This document shows, one piece after another, positions 28,330 to 37,608 of a DNA stretch of 64,000 nucleotides. The DNA comes from Candidatus Gottesmanbacteria bacterium (lineage in GTDB: Bacteria > Patescibacteriota > Microgenomatia > UBA10105 > UBA927), in NCBI GenBank assembly GCA_963714095.1, contig OY970230.1, positions 268,114-332,113 on the forward strand, written 5' to 3'. Each line of letters starts with the position of its first letter. Within the stretch, counting starts at the first letter, position 1. The position numbers and the translations under genes were made by a program. The notes beneath the pieces were generated by a model. That model did not search any database and was not told the DNA's origin. It saw nothing but the letters and a program-made list of their open reading frames with translations.

Positions 28330-29837
28330 ACCTTGCGTGCAGGAGGAATGATTTGATAGAGACGTAAATAGACGTTCACTGCGTTGCCCTTTTGATATTG
28401 CGCAATGAGCTTCAATGGCCAAGCAGGAATATTTTGTATCTGATTAAACACAATATAGGTAGGGTGGTCCTTCGCTTGAGAAAGCATCTCTGACGTCGGC
28501 TCTGCCGGCATGGGATAGACACCCTGAATTTTCATATTCGGATTATCGACGAGATACAGTTCGATTGCATATGGTAGCAAACCAAACGTCCCGTCCGTAT
28601 ATACGGTAACTTTCCCTTTTTCCGATTGGGCAAGCAAAAAGACATTTACTTGGGATACACCCCAACCCGACGGCCAATTATCTATATATTGACCCGCATC
28701 TGCCTCGGGAATCGGCGCATAGAGCGGGTTGACGATAATATAATAATCAGTGTAGATGCTTCCGAACAACAGCACGGCCAACAGTACCCACCGCCAAACT
28801 GATCCCTTAAAATAATCCCATACCCATCGCATGGTGATGGCGGCCAAAATCATAAGCGGAATAGTCATGAACAGGATAAAACGCGGATAGAGTACCCTAC
28901 CATCCAAGGCAAGGGCAAAAAATGGCGCGAACCACCAACCCAACAGGACTAATTTTTCTGCCGGCCGCTTCCATAGGGAAAAACCGGCCAACATCGCCGC
29001 GACAAAAATCGGCCAAGTTAAATAATGAATAGCCCAGTCAAATAAACCATGGATATTTCCTAAAAGAAAATTAAACGGATGTGTAAGCCACTGGCGGAAC
29101 GTATACACAAATACGGCGTCTTTCTCCCCGACCATAGCATATAAAGGTGACAACCGCAGCACACTATACATAAGCTGTGAAATAACTGCTGCAATAATGG
29201 TTAATCCTATCCAACGGAACAGTCGTCGGGTCCTCCCATCGCGCTGCCAATCAAACAACAAAAGGGTTCCCGGTAACATATATAGACTTAAAAATCCTTC
29301 CGTTTTATTCAGCATTCCTAACCCAAGCCCTAATCCTAAGAGTAATGCGACGTCCAACCGTACGCGACGAACCAACAATATTGCCAGATATAGATTCCAA
29401 ATAGAAAGGGTTGCGGTGAGCGAATCATAGAGCGCCATGCGGTCATAAACCAATCCGAAAGGAATCAAAACGTACAGGAGGCTGGCGATAAATCCTAGCT
29501 TTTTACTCCGAAACAATTCATTCGCTGTAAGATAGATACCGATGGCCGTAAAAAACCCAGCCATCACGGATACCAACCGGCCGGCCATAAGCGGATCGCG
29601 GAAAATACGCAAAAATACCATCGTAATCCAGGTAAACAACGGCTGCTTTCCGTCAACCAGCGAGATAAACCGCCAGTTTGCATCCCGGCTGCCTATTTGG
29701 GACCACCGGATATAAATCGCCTCATCGGTAAATATCGGGAGCTTCGTGAGGTTTGTAAGCCTGGTAACCGCGTAAAGGGCGGCAAGACCGGCAGCAAGAA
29801 GCAACATTTTCCCCCACCCACGCTTGAATATGGCCAT
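28326..29837 (-). CDS. GT-C membrane glycosyltransferase, GT39/ArnT-like
   Basis: The ORF is trimmed to MAIFKRGWGKMLLLAAGL (ATG at 29837). Motifs: FTDEAIYIRWSQIGSRD and ...GKQPLFTW. It is polytopic. Confidence 0.55.
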   Translation of the reverse strand: MAIFKRGWGKMLLLAAGLAALYAVTRLTNLTKLPIFTDEAIYIRWSQIGSRDANWRFISLVDGKQPLFTWITMVFLRIFRDPLMAGRLVSVMAGFFTAIGIYLTANELFRSKKLGFIASLLYVLIPFGLVYDRMALYDSLTATLSIWNLYLAILLVRRVRLDVALLLGLGLGLGMLNKTEGFLSLYMLPGTLLLFDWQRDGRTRRLFRWIGLTIIAAVISQLMYSVLRLSPLYAMVGEKDAVFVYTFRQWLTHPFNFLLGNIHGLFDWAIHYLTWPIFVAAMLAGFSLWKRPAEKLVLLGWWFAPFFALALDGRVLYPRFILFMTIPLMILAAITMRWVWDYFKGSVWRWVLLAVLLFGSIYTDYYIIVNPLYAPIPEADAGQYIDNWPSGWGVSQVNVFLLAQSEKGKVTVYTDGTFGLLPYAIELYLVDNPNMKIQGVYPMPAEPTSEMLSQAKDHPTYIVFNQIQNIPAWPLKLIAQYQKGNAVNVYLRLYQIIPPARKV

Positions 29838-29844
29838 ACTCAAA

Positions 29845-31002
29845 TTATACCTGAGGCCGCCTTGCGGGGCAAATGAGTTTATGGACCGCAACAATACCAA
29901 TTGAAAGAATCACAGGAATGACGGCCACCCAAAATTTTAGGGTTTGCACTGGAGGGTTGTAGTTACCGAAGTAAAAAAACGGTGCGTAGGTCAAAAGTAA
30001 ACCTAAGGACAGACCCGATCCAACAATTAGCGCCCATTCAAGCGAGGGCAATAAAGCATAAAACGGCACGAGCCACACGACATACCATCCGAGTATTTCC
30101 CGCTGGGTGCCAACTAACAGGAAACCGATAATCATCACCCACAGCGCAATCTTCCGCTGCCAACCGACAAAAAAGACAGGAAGAATAAATATTGTCATGA
30201 GCTTCGCTGCAACGGATAACGCAAGAACAAAAAACGAAGCCCATCTTTTTTTAATTAAATACAGATAGTACGCGATCATGACCAAAGCCATCATAACCAT
30301 GTCATTATGTCCACTCACAAGTGTTTCAAAAATCACCAGAGGGTTAAGGGCAAATATCGCCATACCCATAAATTTTTGATCCGGTTCAAGTTTAGAAAGA
30401 ATTTTGCCGATAAAAATAATCGTCAGAACGTAGCATGCAGCAACAAGTATTTTTATATTCCACATAATTGCCAAAAAATAGCCAAAACCCAGTACGTACG
30501 CGGGGAGCGTAAGGAGAATCCAAAACGGCGTATAGGCGCTGGGTAAATGCGTCCAGTGCATAAACGACAACCATGGTTCCACGCCGGTGAACTGGAGCGG
30601 AATGACGGTGTAGGGATTTTTCTGATACAACACGACCGTTTTAGCGGTAAACATATAGTTAAACATGTCATAGGAAAATGCGGGGTATGAAAATATAAGA
30701 ATCGCAGTCATAATACCGACGGTCCACCAAAAAATCCTCATGGATATTGTTTTTTTCCGCACTGCATTCAGAAAAAATCCATATAAAATAAAAAATACGG
30801 CAACAAGAACGAGATAGATAGTTGTGGAAAGCGGCCGGTTAAAATAGCCGATATATTGAAAACTTTTCTCAAGAAGTTGGTAAATACTTGCCCGCGAAAG
30901 CGTAAGACTTAAATCTACCTGCGTATAGGAATATAAAAATAACCCGAGAGCCGATACTGCATAAAGAATCGGCAAAAGAATAGTGTTTTTATTTCGTTTC
31001 AT
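29845..31002 (-). CDS. polytopic membrane protein, putative GT-C glycosyltransferase (DUF2029/GT87-like)
   Basis: The ORF is trimmed to MKRNKNTILLPILYAV (ATG at 31002, overlapping the TGA of the next gene). It has about 11 TM helices, the motif FSYPAFSYDMFNY and no soluble domain. Family assignment is tentative. Confidence 0.45.
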   Translation of the reverse strand: MKRNKNTILLPILYAVSALGLFLYSYTQVDLSLTLSRASIYQLLEKSFQYIGYFNRPLSTTIYLVLVAVFFILYGFFLNAVRKKTISMRIFWWTVGIMTAILIFSYPAFSYDMFNYMFTAKTVVLYQKNPYTVIPLQFTGVEPWLSFMHWTHLPSAYTPFWILLTLPAYVLGFGYFLAIMWNIKILVAACYVLTIIFIGKILSKLEPDQKFMGMAIFALNPLVIFETLVSGHNDMVMMALVMIAYYLYLIKKRWASFFVLALSVAAKLMTIFILPVFFVGWQRKIALWVMIIGFLLVGTQREILGWYVVWLVPFYALLPSLEWALIVGSGLSLGLLLTYAPFFYFGNYNPPVQTLKFWVAVIPVILSIGIVAVHKLICPARRPQV

Positions 31003-31751
31003 TGATACAATCCCCGCCATGCATTCATACGGATTTTAAGAATATCAGCAAATCCCTGTATTGAATCGATAACGGGATTCACGCGGCGCGTCTCGACATA
31101 ATGCCATTCCACGGGTACTTCTTTAATTTTATACCCGAGAATTCTCGCCAGAAACAGCATCTCTATATCAAATCCAGCAGTTACCATTGACCCGCTGACT
31201 GCATGGCGATTCCCATATAATCTGAGGCGATGAAAAATATCGTGAGCGACGGGAGCACGGAACGCTTTAAATCCGCACTGCGTATCCACGATCCCGTGAA
31301 GACCTAAAATCAAACTCCGAAGTGTCATGAATCCCCGTGCCATAACGCGCCGCGTAAGAGGAGCACCCTGACGCCGTCCTCTTCTGGAACCGATAACCAC
31401 GTCATACCCTTTTTCAAACCAGGGCAGCAATTTTGTTAACTCTGCAATCGGTGTCGCCTGGTCAAGGTCGGTAAACAACACTAATGTACCGCGGCTCGCG
31501 AGCATTCCGGTAATAACCGTCGATGCTTTTCCCTGATGAGGATTATGGATGACTGAAAACCCGCGGTTTACCTGTACAAATGAGTCCAAGAGATCCCGTG
31601 TTCCGTCTGATGATCCGTCGTCCACGATAATTGCTTCCCATTGATAGTGTTGGTGTTCCAAATATTTGGATACCTTATCGAGCGCCCCCAAACGGATATT
31701 GGTTTCTTCGTTGTATGCCGGAATAACCACTGATAAATCAATTTTCGCCAT
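30999..31751 (-). CDS. family 2 glycosyltransferase, polyprenol-phosphate sugar synthase-like
   Basis: 250 aa. Motifs: LSVVIPAYNEETNIRLGALDKV, IIVDDGSSDGT and FTDLDQATP. Confidence 0.8.
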   Translation of the reverse strand: MAKIDLSVVIPAYNEETNIRLGALDKVSKYLEHQHYQWEAIIVDDGSSDGTRDLLDSFVQVNRGFSVIHNPHQGKASTVITGMLASRGTLVLFTDLDQATPIAELTKLLPWFEKGYDVVIGSRRGRRQGAPLTRRVMARGFMTLRSLILGLHGIVDTQCGFKAFRAPVAHDIFHRLRLYGNRHAVSGSMVTAGFDIEMLFLARILGYKIKEVPVEWHYVETRRVNPVIDSIQGFADILKIRMNAWRGLYQ

Positions 31752-31752
31752 A

Positions 31753-33339
31753 TTAAACTCCAGTATAGTGCACCAGCCTGAATATTTTCACAAAAGGCAC
31801 ACTCCATTCTCCGGTAATCTCCGCCCGCCCGAACCCTGCAATTTCCCACAACGAATTCCCAAGAGGCTGACAATCGGACAACTCGCAAATCACGATAAGC
31901 TGATCCGTCACCGTCGTGCGTTTTGGATCTACCTGATTATTTTCTATTGTAACGGGCGCGCGCTGCGCGATTTCAAAAAAATATCGGTAGGTATAATCAG
32001 AATTTCCGCTGGCCAGAAGCGCAAAATTAAACGGTTTTCCGCCGGTATGGGCAAGCGCCGTTTCGGCAATCTGCCGCGCCTGAGCCAACTGATTGTTCGG
32101 AGAATAGAGAAACGGCCTTCCCTGCCAGTTAAAAAACAGGAGCCCTCCCCAACACAGCAATGCAACGACTGCCCCAGCCCGAGTTTTCCCGACTGCAAAC
32201 AATACGATACCGATCAGCAAAAACGGTAATGTAAATGCGATGCCGAAATAATAATCATAAATTGCCTTTTGATAAAAACAAAACAAAATGATCACTGTGG
32301 TAAACCAGATAAGCAATAATTGTGCTGCGTGATAGAACCGTGTTTTTTCTTCCTCGGTTTTCCCCTGTGTCAGCCATATAAATACGGACGAAAGAAACGG
32401 AATTTTTGAGGCGACCAAGACGCCAAGAAATAGAAAACTGATGAATATTGTTGTCCGCGTTCCGATAAACCAGGCATACAATTGCCACGCCGGCAATGAT
32501 TTCCATAACGCCCCATCCGGTAACCGATACAGGAGGCGCCCGAATAACCGAAAGAGAACATCGTCCATCGTGGTGAAGAAACCCGGAGAAACCCCAGTAT
32601 CTTTACCGGCCAAAAGAAACCGGATGACGGACTGGGTATTGGGAAACCCGTGGCGAACCTCAAATGCCAGAAACGGAGAATACCCAATAAGAAAACCGAA
32701 AAATACCCATAACACACTCTTGAAAAACGGTAATGTTTTCATGTTCAGCAGCAACCAAATACCCGTCACGACAAACAGGAACAGGAATAAATAATGAAGC
32801 TGCAGCCCTATCCCAAGGACAACGCCGATCCAGAGGAGCGTCGATGTACGCTTCTTTTCAACCGCAAACCATAATAAATAAATAAGGAGCAGGGAAAAAA
32901 ACGGCACGAGATTCGGATTCCATGAGGAACGGGAATACGCAATGACCAGCGGCGAGAGTGCATATAAACTGGCGGCAACGAGTCCTACCCATGGGCTTAC
33001 AAAATCTTTCCCGACCTTAAAAACAAGACAAACGGTCGCAATACCGAAGAGGGCTACCATGATGGCGGGCCCGACCGGATTTAATTTCCATGCCCATAAA
33101 AACGGGAGCATGAAATAATAATAGATAGGACCGAGGAAAAATCCCCCGACGGATGCCGTAGGACCCAAGAGCGTAAACTTATGGTTCACGATTATATGCA
33201 TGACGACCAAAACGTCACGCCCTTCGTCTCCCAAAAACGTCATATAGCCGGATATTTTATACAACCGCAGGTATGCCGCAAAACCGAGAATAATGATGAG
33301 CGGAACCAGCCACCACCGGTGTTTTAGTTCCTTTTCCAT
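31753..33339 (-). CDS. GT-C membrane glycosyltransferase, GT39/ArnT-like
   Basis: The ORF is trimmed to MEKELKHRWWLVPLIIILGF (ATG at 33339). Motifs: YLRLYKISGYMTFLGDEGRDVLVVMHI and GPIYYYF. Confidence 0.6.
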   Translation of the reverse strand: MEKELKHRWWLVPLIIILGFAAYLRLYKISGYMTFLGDEGRDVLVVMHIIVNHKFTLLGPTASVGGFFLGPIYYYFMLPFLWAWKLNPVGPAIMVALFGIATVCLVFKVGKDFVSPWVGLVAASLYALSPLVIAYSRSSWNPNLVPFFSLLLIYLLWFAVEKKRTSTLLWIGVVLGIGLQLHYLFLFLFVVTGIWLLLNMKTLPFFKSVLWVFFGFLIGYSPFLAFEVRHGFPNTQSVIRFLLAGKDTGVSPGFFTTMDDVLFRLFGRLLYRLPDGALWKSLPAWQLYAWFIGTRTTIFISFLFLGVLVASKIPFLSSVFIWLTQGKTEEEKTRFYHAAQLLLIWFTTVIILFCFYQKAIYDYYFGIAFTLPFLLIGIVLFAVGKTRAGAVVALLCWGGLLFFNWQGRPFLYSPNNQLAQARQIAETALAHTGGKPFNFALLASGNSDYTYRYFFEIAQRAPVTIENNQVDPKRTTVTDQLIVICELSDCQPLGNSLWEIAGFGRAEITGEWSVPFVKIFRLVHYTGV

Positions 33340-34442
33340 ATTATTTTTGAATACATAACGTAATTCCAAATAAGAAGAAGCGCAGTTCCCAAAAGAAAGA
33401 AAATGAAATACTGCCGGTCACCGAAAACCCGCACACCAACCCAGATCATCCCCGTCTGTATGACAACAACGCCAAACGCGCTGGTTACATAAAACTGCAG
33501 GAGCTTCGCGAGATATTGTCTGATACCGGAAATCTTACTGTGTTTAAATGTCCAGAGATTATTGAGATTAAAATTTGAAAAGATGGCCACTGCTGCTCCC
33601 GTAAGGTTTGCCCATGTAGCCGACCAATTCGCGTTATGCAAAACTATTAAAATAACTGCGTTAAGAATAAATCCTATGCCTCCGACTACGAGAAATTTTC
33701 CGAATGACCCTGTCATAATTTCCTGAATTTTTGTTACCGCTATATATTTATACGTATTGAAAATATACTCCGCAGGCGCAATCTTCGAGTGTCCGAATCG
33801 TCTGTCGGTAAAGTGTATCGGAACCTCGACAATATGTGCTCCGTCATGAGCGGCGCTGTGAAGAAACGCAATTTGAAACACATAGCCGCTGTATTCTTTC
33901 ATCTTTTCCTTATTATCCACATAATACTTTTTGGTATACGCGCGGTATCCGCCGGTCCAATCATGAATCCCCAGATGCCACAATCCGAACCGTACGATAC
34001 TGTTGCCTACTACGCTGTATATTTTGCGGATAAATCCCCAATTGTCCGGTATGGATCCGCCCGGGATATACCGGCTGCCGACAACAAAATCCGCCCCGTC
34101 ATCGATCGCCCGTAAAAATTCCGGAACTGAAGCAGGATCATGGGACAAATCCGCATCCATCTGAAGCAGAATATCTGCATTCAGATTCCTGACTGCATAG
34201 GTCATTCCCCGCAGTAACGCTTTCCCTAAACCCTCCTTTTTCGCTGTAATAAGATATACGTTACCGTGTGACTTCTGATATTCTTTCACGAGATTGCCAG
34301 TACCATCGGGAGACATATCATCAACAACGACATAGGATACGCTGTGGCGTTTTACATCTTTACATGCCGCCGCCAGCTTATCTAAAAGCACAATAATATT
34401 CTCTCTTTCGTTATATGTGGGAATAATAACGACAACCTTCAT
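33324..34442 (-). CDS. family 2 glycosyltransferase (dolichyl/polyprenyl-phosphate mannose synthase-like) fused to a C-terminal GtrA-like 4-TM domain
   Basis: The ORF is trimmed to MKVVVIIPTYNERENI (ATG at 34442). GT2 motifs: VVVDDMSPDGT and LQMDADLSHDP. C-terminal region: KFLVVGGIGFILNAVILIVL...AVAIFSNFNLNNLWTFKHS, matching the GtrA-family signature. Confidence 0.75.
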   Translation of the reverse strand: MKVVVIIPTYNERENIIVLLDKLAAACKDVKRHSVSYVVVDDMSPDGTGNLVKEYQKSHGNVYLITAKKEGLGKALLRGMTYAVRNLNADILLQMDADLSHDPASVPEFLRAIDDGADFVVGSRYIPGGSIPDNWGFIRKIYSVVGNSIVRFGLWHLGIHDWTGGYRAYTKKYYVDNKEKMKEYSGYVFQIAFLHSAAHDGAHIVEVPIHFTDRRFGHSKIAPAEYIFNTYKYIAVTKIQEIMTGSFGKFLVVGGIGFILNAVILIVLHNANWSATWANLTGAAVAIFSNFNLNNLWTFKHSKISGIRQYLAKLLQFYVTSAFGVVVIQTGMIWVGVRVFGDRQYFIFFLLGTALLLIWNYVMYSKIIWKRN

Positions 34443-34452
34443 ATGGTTTGGC

Positions 34453-35412
34453 TCAAACGCGGGCGCGCCAATAGTTGAGGAGGTCCTCCATCGTTTTTTT
34501 GAAGGGGATTTCCGGTTTCCAACCGGTTTTTGCAACAAATTTACTGTTGTCTCCGAGTAGTACCGGAACATCCGAAGGACGCATCCGGGATTGGTCCGAC
34601 TGGATCTTCACTTTTGTTTTGGAGAATGACAACAGAATGTTAAGCATGTCGCCAATTTTTATCGTGGTTCCGCTGCAGATATTATAGACATCACCGGGAT
34701 CGCATTTCTCCGCCGCAACAACATATCCTCTCACCATATCGCGAACGTCGGTATAATCACGGCTGGCCATGAGGTTTCCGACATGAATAACCGGTTCCTG
34801 TCTGCCTTTTTCTATCAATGCAATCTGTTTGGCAAAATTAGATTCCGCAAAGGTATCACCGCGCCTGGGCCCCGTGTGATTAAACCCGCGGGTCCGGACA
34901 ATCCGGATTTTGTATGACTGAAAATATTGATACCCCAAATAATCCATCGCGAGTTTTGACACCGCGTACGGTGACAGGGGCCGAAGCGGATTGGTTTCCT
35001 TGATAGGTAATTCGTCCGGATGCACCAACCCGTATTCTTCACTGGAACAGGCTATTTGAATAACAGGGTCAATGCCGACCTGACGAACCGCTTCAAAAAG
35101 ATTTGCCGACCCTACAATATTTGTTTCCAGCGTCACAGAGGGCGAAACCCACGAGGTCGGGACAAAGGACTGCGCGGCGAGATGAAATATGTAATCCGGT
35201 TTTATGCGTGAAATCGTCGCGTAGAGACTGTGTGTATCCAAAATATCCGCATCCTCCAGATGAAGTTTATTGATAATGGATTCTATATAATCCGTTTTGC
35301 TCCTGGACCGTATGAGTCCGTATACTTCAAACCCTCGGGAAAGAAGCAGTTCTGCTAAGTGACTTCCGACAAATCCCGCTATACCTGTAATAAATGCTTT
35401 TTTTGCTGCCAT
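34453..35412 (-). CDS. extended-SDR NAD(P)-dependent sugar-nucleotide dehydratase/reductase, GDP-mannose 4,6-dehydratase (Gmd/Rmd) family
   Basis: 319 aa. The N-terminus has FITGIAGFVGSHLAELLLSRGFEVYGLIRSRS. The catalytic region has SPYAVSKLAMDYLG and FNHTGPRRGDTF. Whether it is Gmd or Rmd cannot be settled from sequence alone. Confidence 0.6.
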   Translation of the reverse strand: MAAKKAFITGIAGFVGSHLAELLLSRGFEVYGLIRSRSKTDYIESIINKLHLEDADILDTHSLYATISRIKPDYIFHLAAQSFVPTSWVSPSVTLETNIVGSANLFEAVRQVGIDPVIQIACSSEEYGLVHPDELPIKETNPLRPLSPYAVSKLAMDYLGYQYFQSYKIRIVRTRGFNHTGPRRGDTFAESNFAKQIALIEKGRQEPVIHVGNLMASRDYTDVRDMVRGYVVAAEKCDPGDVYNICSGTTIKIGDMLNILLSFSKTKVKIQSDQSRMRPSDVPVLLGDNSKFVAKTGWKPEIPFKKTMEDLLNYWRARV

Positions 35413-35430
35413 AGTCCTCCTTTAATAGTA

Positions 35431-36729
35431 TCACATTCTGCCCATACCGTAATACATGAAACCCAACGCTTTCACTTTAACCGGTTCATAGATATTCCGG
35501 CCATCAAACAATACAAGCGTCCTCATGCCCCGGGCCAGTCTCACCAAATCTAATTGCTGAAATTCATTCCACTCCGTTACAACTGCGACCGCATCTGCCC
35601 CTGTAGCCGCCGCATACGCATCCCGGGCAAAAGAAACGGAAGAAGGGAGCAGTCGTTTCGCGTTTCCCATAGCTACAGGATCATACGCAACCACTTTTGC
35701 TCCCCGTTTGAGAAGCTCACTGATTATATAAATGGAGGGGGCTTCGCGCATATCGTCCGTATTGGGCTTAAACGCAAGCCCTAATACGGTAATTCGTTTA
35801 CTTTTCAGATGATTGTTAAAGTGATGGGCTATTTTTTCAACAAAATTTTCAGCTGTCTTTCTGTTAATTTCATCAACGGCTTTCAGTAAGCTAAAGTCGT
35901 ACCCGTATTGCTGGGCAATCGCAATAAGCGCCTTTACATCTTTAGGAAAACAGCTCCCGCCGTATCCAACTCCGGCATACAGAAAACTTCGCCCAAGCCG
36001 TTTATCCAACCCGACCGCTTCCAGGACATATTCTGCGTCGGCACCTACTTTTTCTGAAAGCATGGCGATTGCGTTGGCAAAAGAAATTTTGGTGGACAGA
36101 AGCGAATTGGACGCGTATTTAATAAGCTCAGCGGTCTCCAGATTACAAAGGACTGTTTTCCCGTTGATGGGTTTATGAAGTTCGAGAAGTAATTCCCGGG
36201 CCCTATCTGATGTCGTCCCTATAACCACGCGGTCGGGATGCATCGTATCGTCAATTGCGGACCCTTCGCGCAGAAATTCCGGAACCGAGGCAATGGCAAA
36301 GGAGGCTCCTGGCTGTTTGAACTTGTTAAGGATGTCTCCAACCTTTTTGTTGGTACCCGGGGGCACCGTGCTTTTGGTTACCACAACTTTGTATCCTTCA
36401 AGCACCTTTGCTATACTCTCGGTTGCGGCAAACACGCTTGAAAGATCGGCCTCACCGCTCACCTTCGGAGGAGTTCCGACACAAATAAAAATGATGGTCG
36501 CAGGAGTGACTGCTTCCTTATAATCCAGAGTAAATTTGAGCCTACCCGCATCGACGTTCCTTTTCACCAGCTCCGCAAGCCCGGGTTCAAAAAACGGAGT
36601 AATGCCTTTTTTTAAATTCTCAATTTTTTCCCGTGTGTGACCGACCACCCAAACGGTATTCCCCAAATCCGCAAACACCGATGCGGTAACGAGCCCGACA
36701 TATCCGTGACCAATGAATGTAATAGTCAT
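35431..36729 (-). CDS. ugd: UDP-glucose 6-dehydrogenase / nucleotide-sugar dehydrogenase
   Basis: 432 aa. The N-terminus has MTITFIGHGYVGLVTASVFADLGN. A catalytic Cys context (GGSCFPKDV) is present, consistent with a UDPG/GDP-Man dehydrogenase family member. Confidence 0.75.
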   Translation of the reverse strand: MTITFIGHGYVGLVTASVFADLGNTVWVVGHTREKIENLKKGITPFFEPGLAELVKRNVDAGRLKFTLDYKEAVTPATIIFICVGTPPKVSGEADLSSVFAATESIAKVLEGYKVVVTKSTVPPGTNKKVGDILNKFKQPGASFAIASVPEFLREGSAIDDTMHPDRVVIGTTSDRARELLLELHKPINGKTVLCNLETAELIKYASNSLLSTKISFANAIAMLSEKVGADAEYVLEAVGLDKRLGRSFLYAGVGYGGSCFPKDVKALIAIAQQYGYDFSLLKAVDEINRKTAENFVEKIAHHFNNHLKSKRITVLGLAFKPNTDDMREAPSIYIISELLKRGAKVVAYDPVAMGNAKRLLPSSVSFARDAYAAATGADAVAVVTEWNEFQQLDLVRLARGMRTLVLFDGRNIYEPVKVKALGFMYYGMGRM

Positions 36730-36735
36730 AAAAAG

Positions 36736-37608
36736 TTATTTTATCACACTTTCCTGTCGCTTTACTTCAACAATTCCTTCCGTGAACGAATGTATGACAA
36801 CACCGAGTGCTTTAATTTTATCATTCGTGAGTACCGCATACTGCGGGGTTGGCGCGCGGTTGCTAAACATTTCTGCAAATGCCGTTTTAACGACAAGCGC
36901 TGTATCGCACCCGAATACATCCGCAATCGTTTTAGCCGCTTCAAACGGGGAAAGAGAACTGCCGACCACGTGGTATATCCCGTTTGCTCCCAACCGGACA
37001 AGTACACGAAGGGCACGCCCGATATCATCTATAAACGTCGGGGCGAATATTTGATCCGCAGGAGCCGCAACCTGTTGGCGCGACAGCATCCTTTCAAGCA
37101 TTTTATGAACAAAGTCTTTTTTCCCAACGGGATGCGCGCGGTACGGATTGGAAATACGGATCACGAGCCCCAGGTTCCCCAATGCCAATACTCGTTTGGC
37201 ACCCTCCGACTTGGTCAGGGCATACCAGCCCAAAGGGCTCGGCACATCGTCTTCCGAATATGATTTCTTTTTCCCATCAAATGCGTAATCCGTGTCGATG
37301 TACAGAAGTTTTTTTCCGAGCTTCCGGCAATTATCCGCTATGTTTTGCGTAGCTAGGACGTTTACTTTCCATGCCGTACTCTTTTCTGCCAAGCCGCGTT
37401 CTTTTTCTGCCCCCTGCACGTCTGTATAGGCTGCCATATGGAATACCCACGGGGCATCTGACTTGGCAAAATACATATCAACACTCTTCTTATCGGTAAT
37501 ATCAACGCCGGTTTCCAGGCTTAAATTTTCAAAGGTGAAATCAGGCGAAAGCAATTCCGTCACGCGGGAACCAACTAATCCCGATAATCCGGTTCCCAAT
37601 ATATTCAT
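36736..37608 (-). CDS. rfbD: dTDP-4-dehydrorhamnose reductase
   Basis: 290 aa. MNILGTGLSGLVGSRV and an RmlD-like substrate-binding region. It is adjacent to rfbB/rfbC/rfbA. Confidence 0.7.
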   Translation of the reverse strand: MNILGTGLSGLVGSRVTELLSPDFTFENLSLETGVDITDKKSVDMYFAKSDAPWVFHMAAYTDVQGAEKERGLAEKSTAWKVNVLATQNIADNCRKLGKKLLYIDTDYAFDGKKKSYSEDDVPSPLGWYALTKSEGAKRVLALGNLGLVIRISNPYRAHPVGKKDFVHKMLERMLSRQQVAAPADQIFAPTFIDDIGRALRVLVRLGANGIYHVVGSSLSPFEAAKTIADVFGCDTALVVKTAFAEMFSNRAPTPQYAVLTNDKIKALGVVIHSFTEGIVEVKRQESVIK

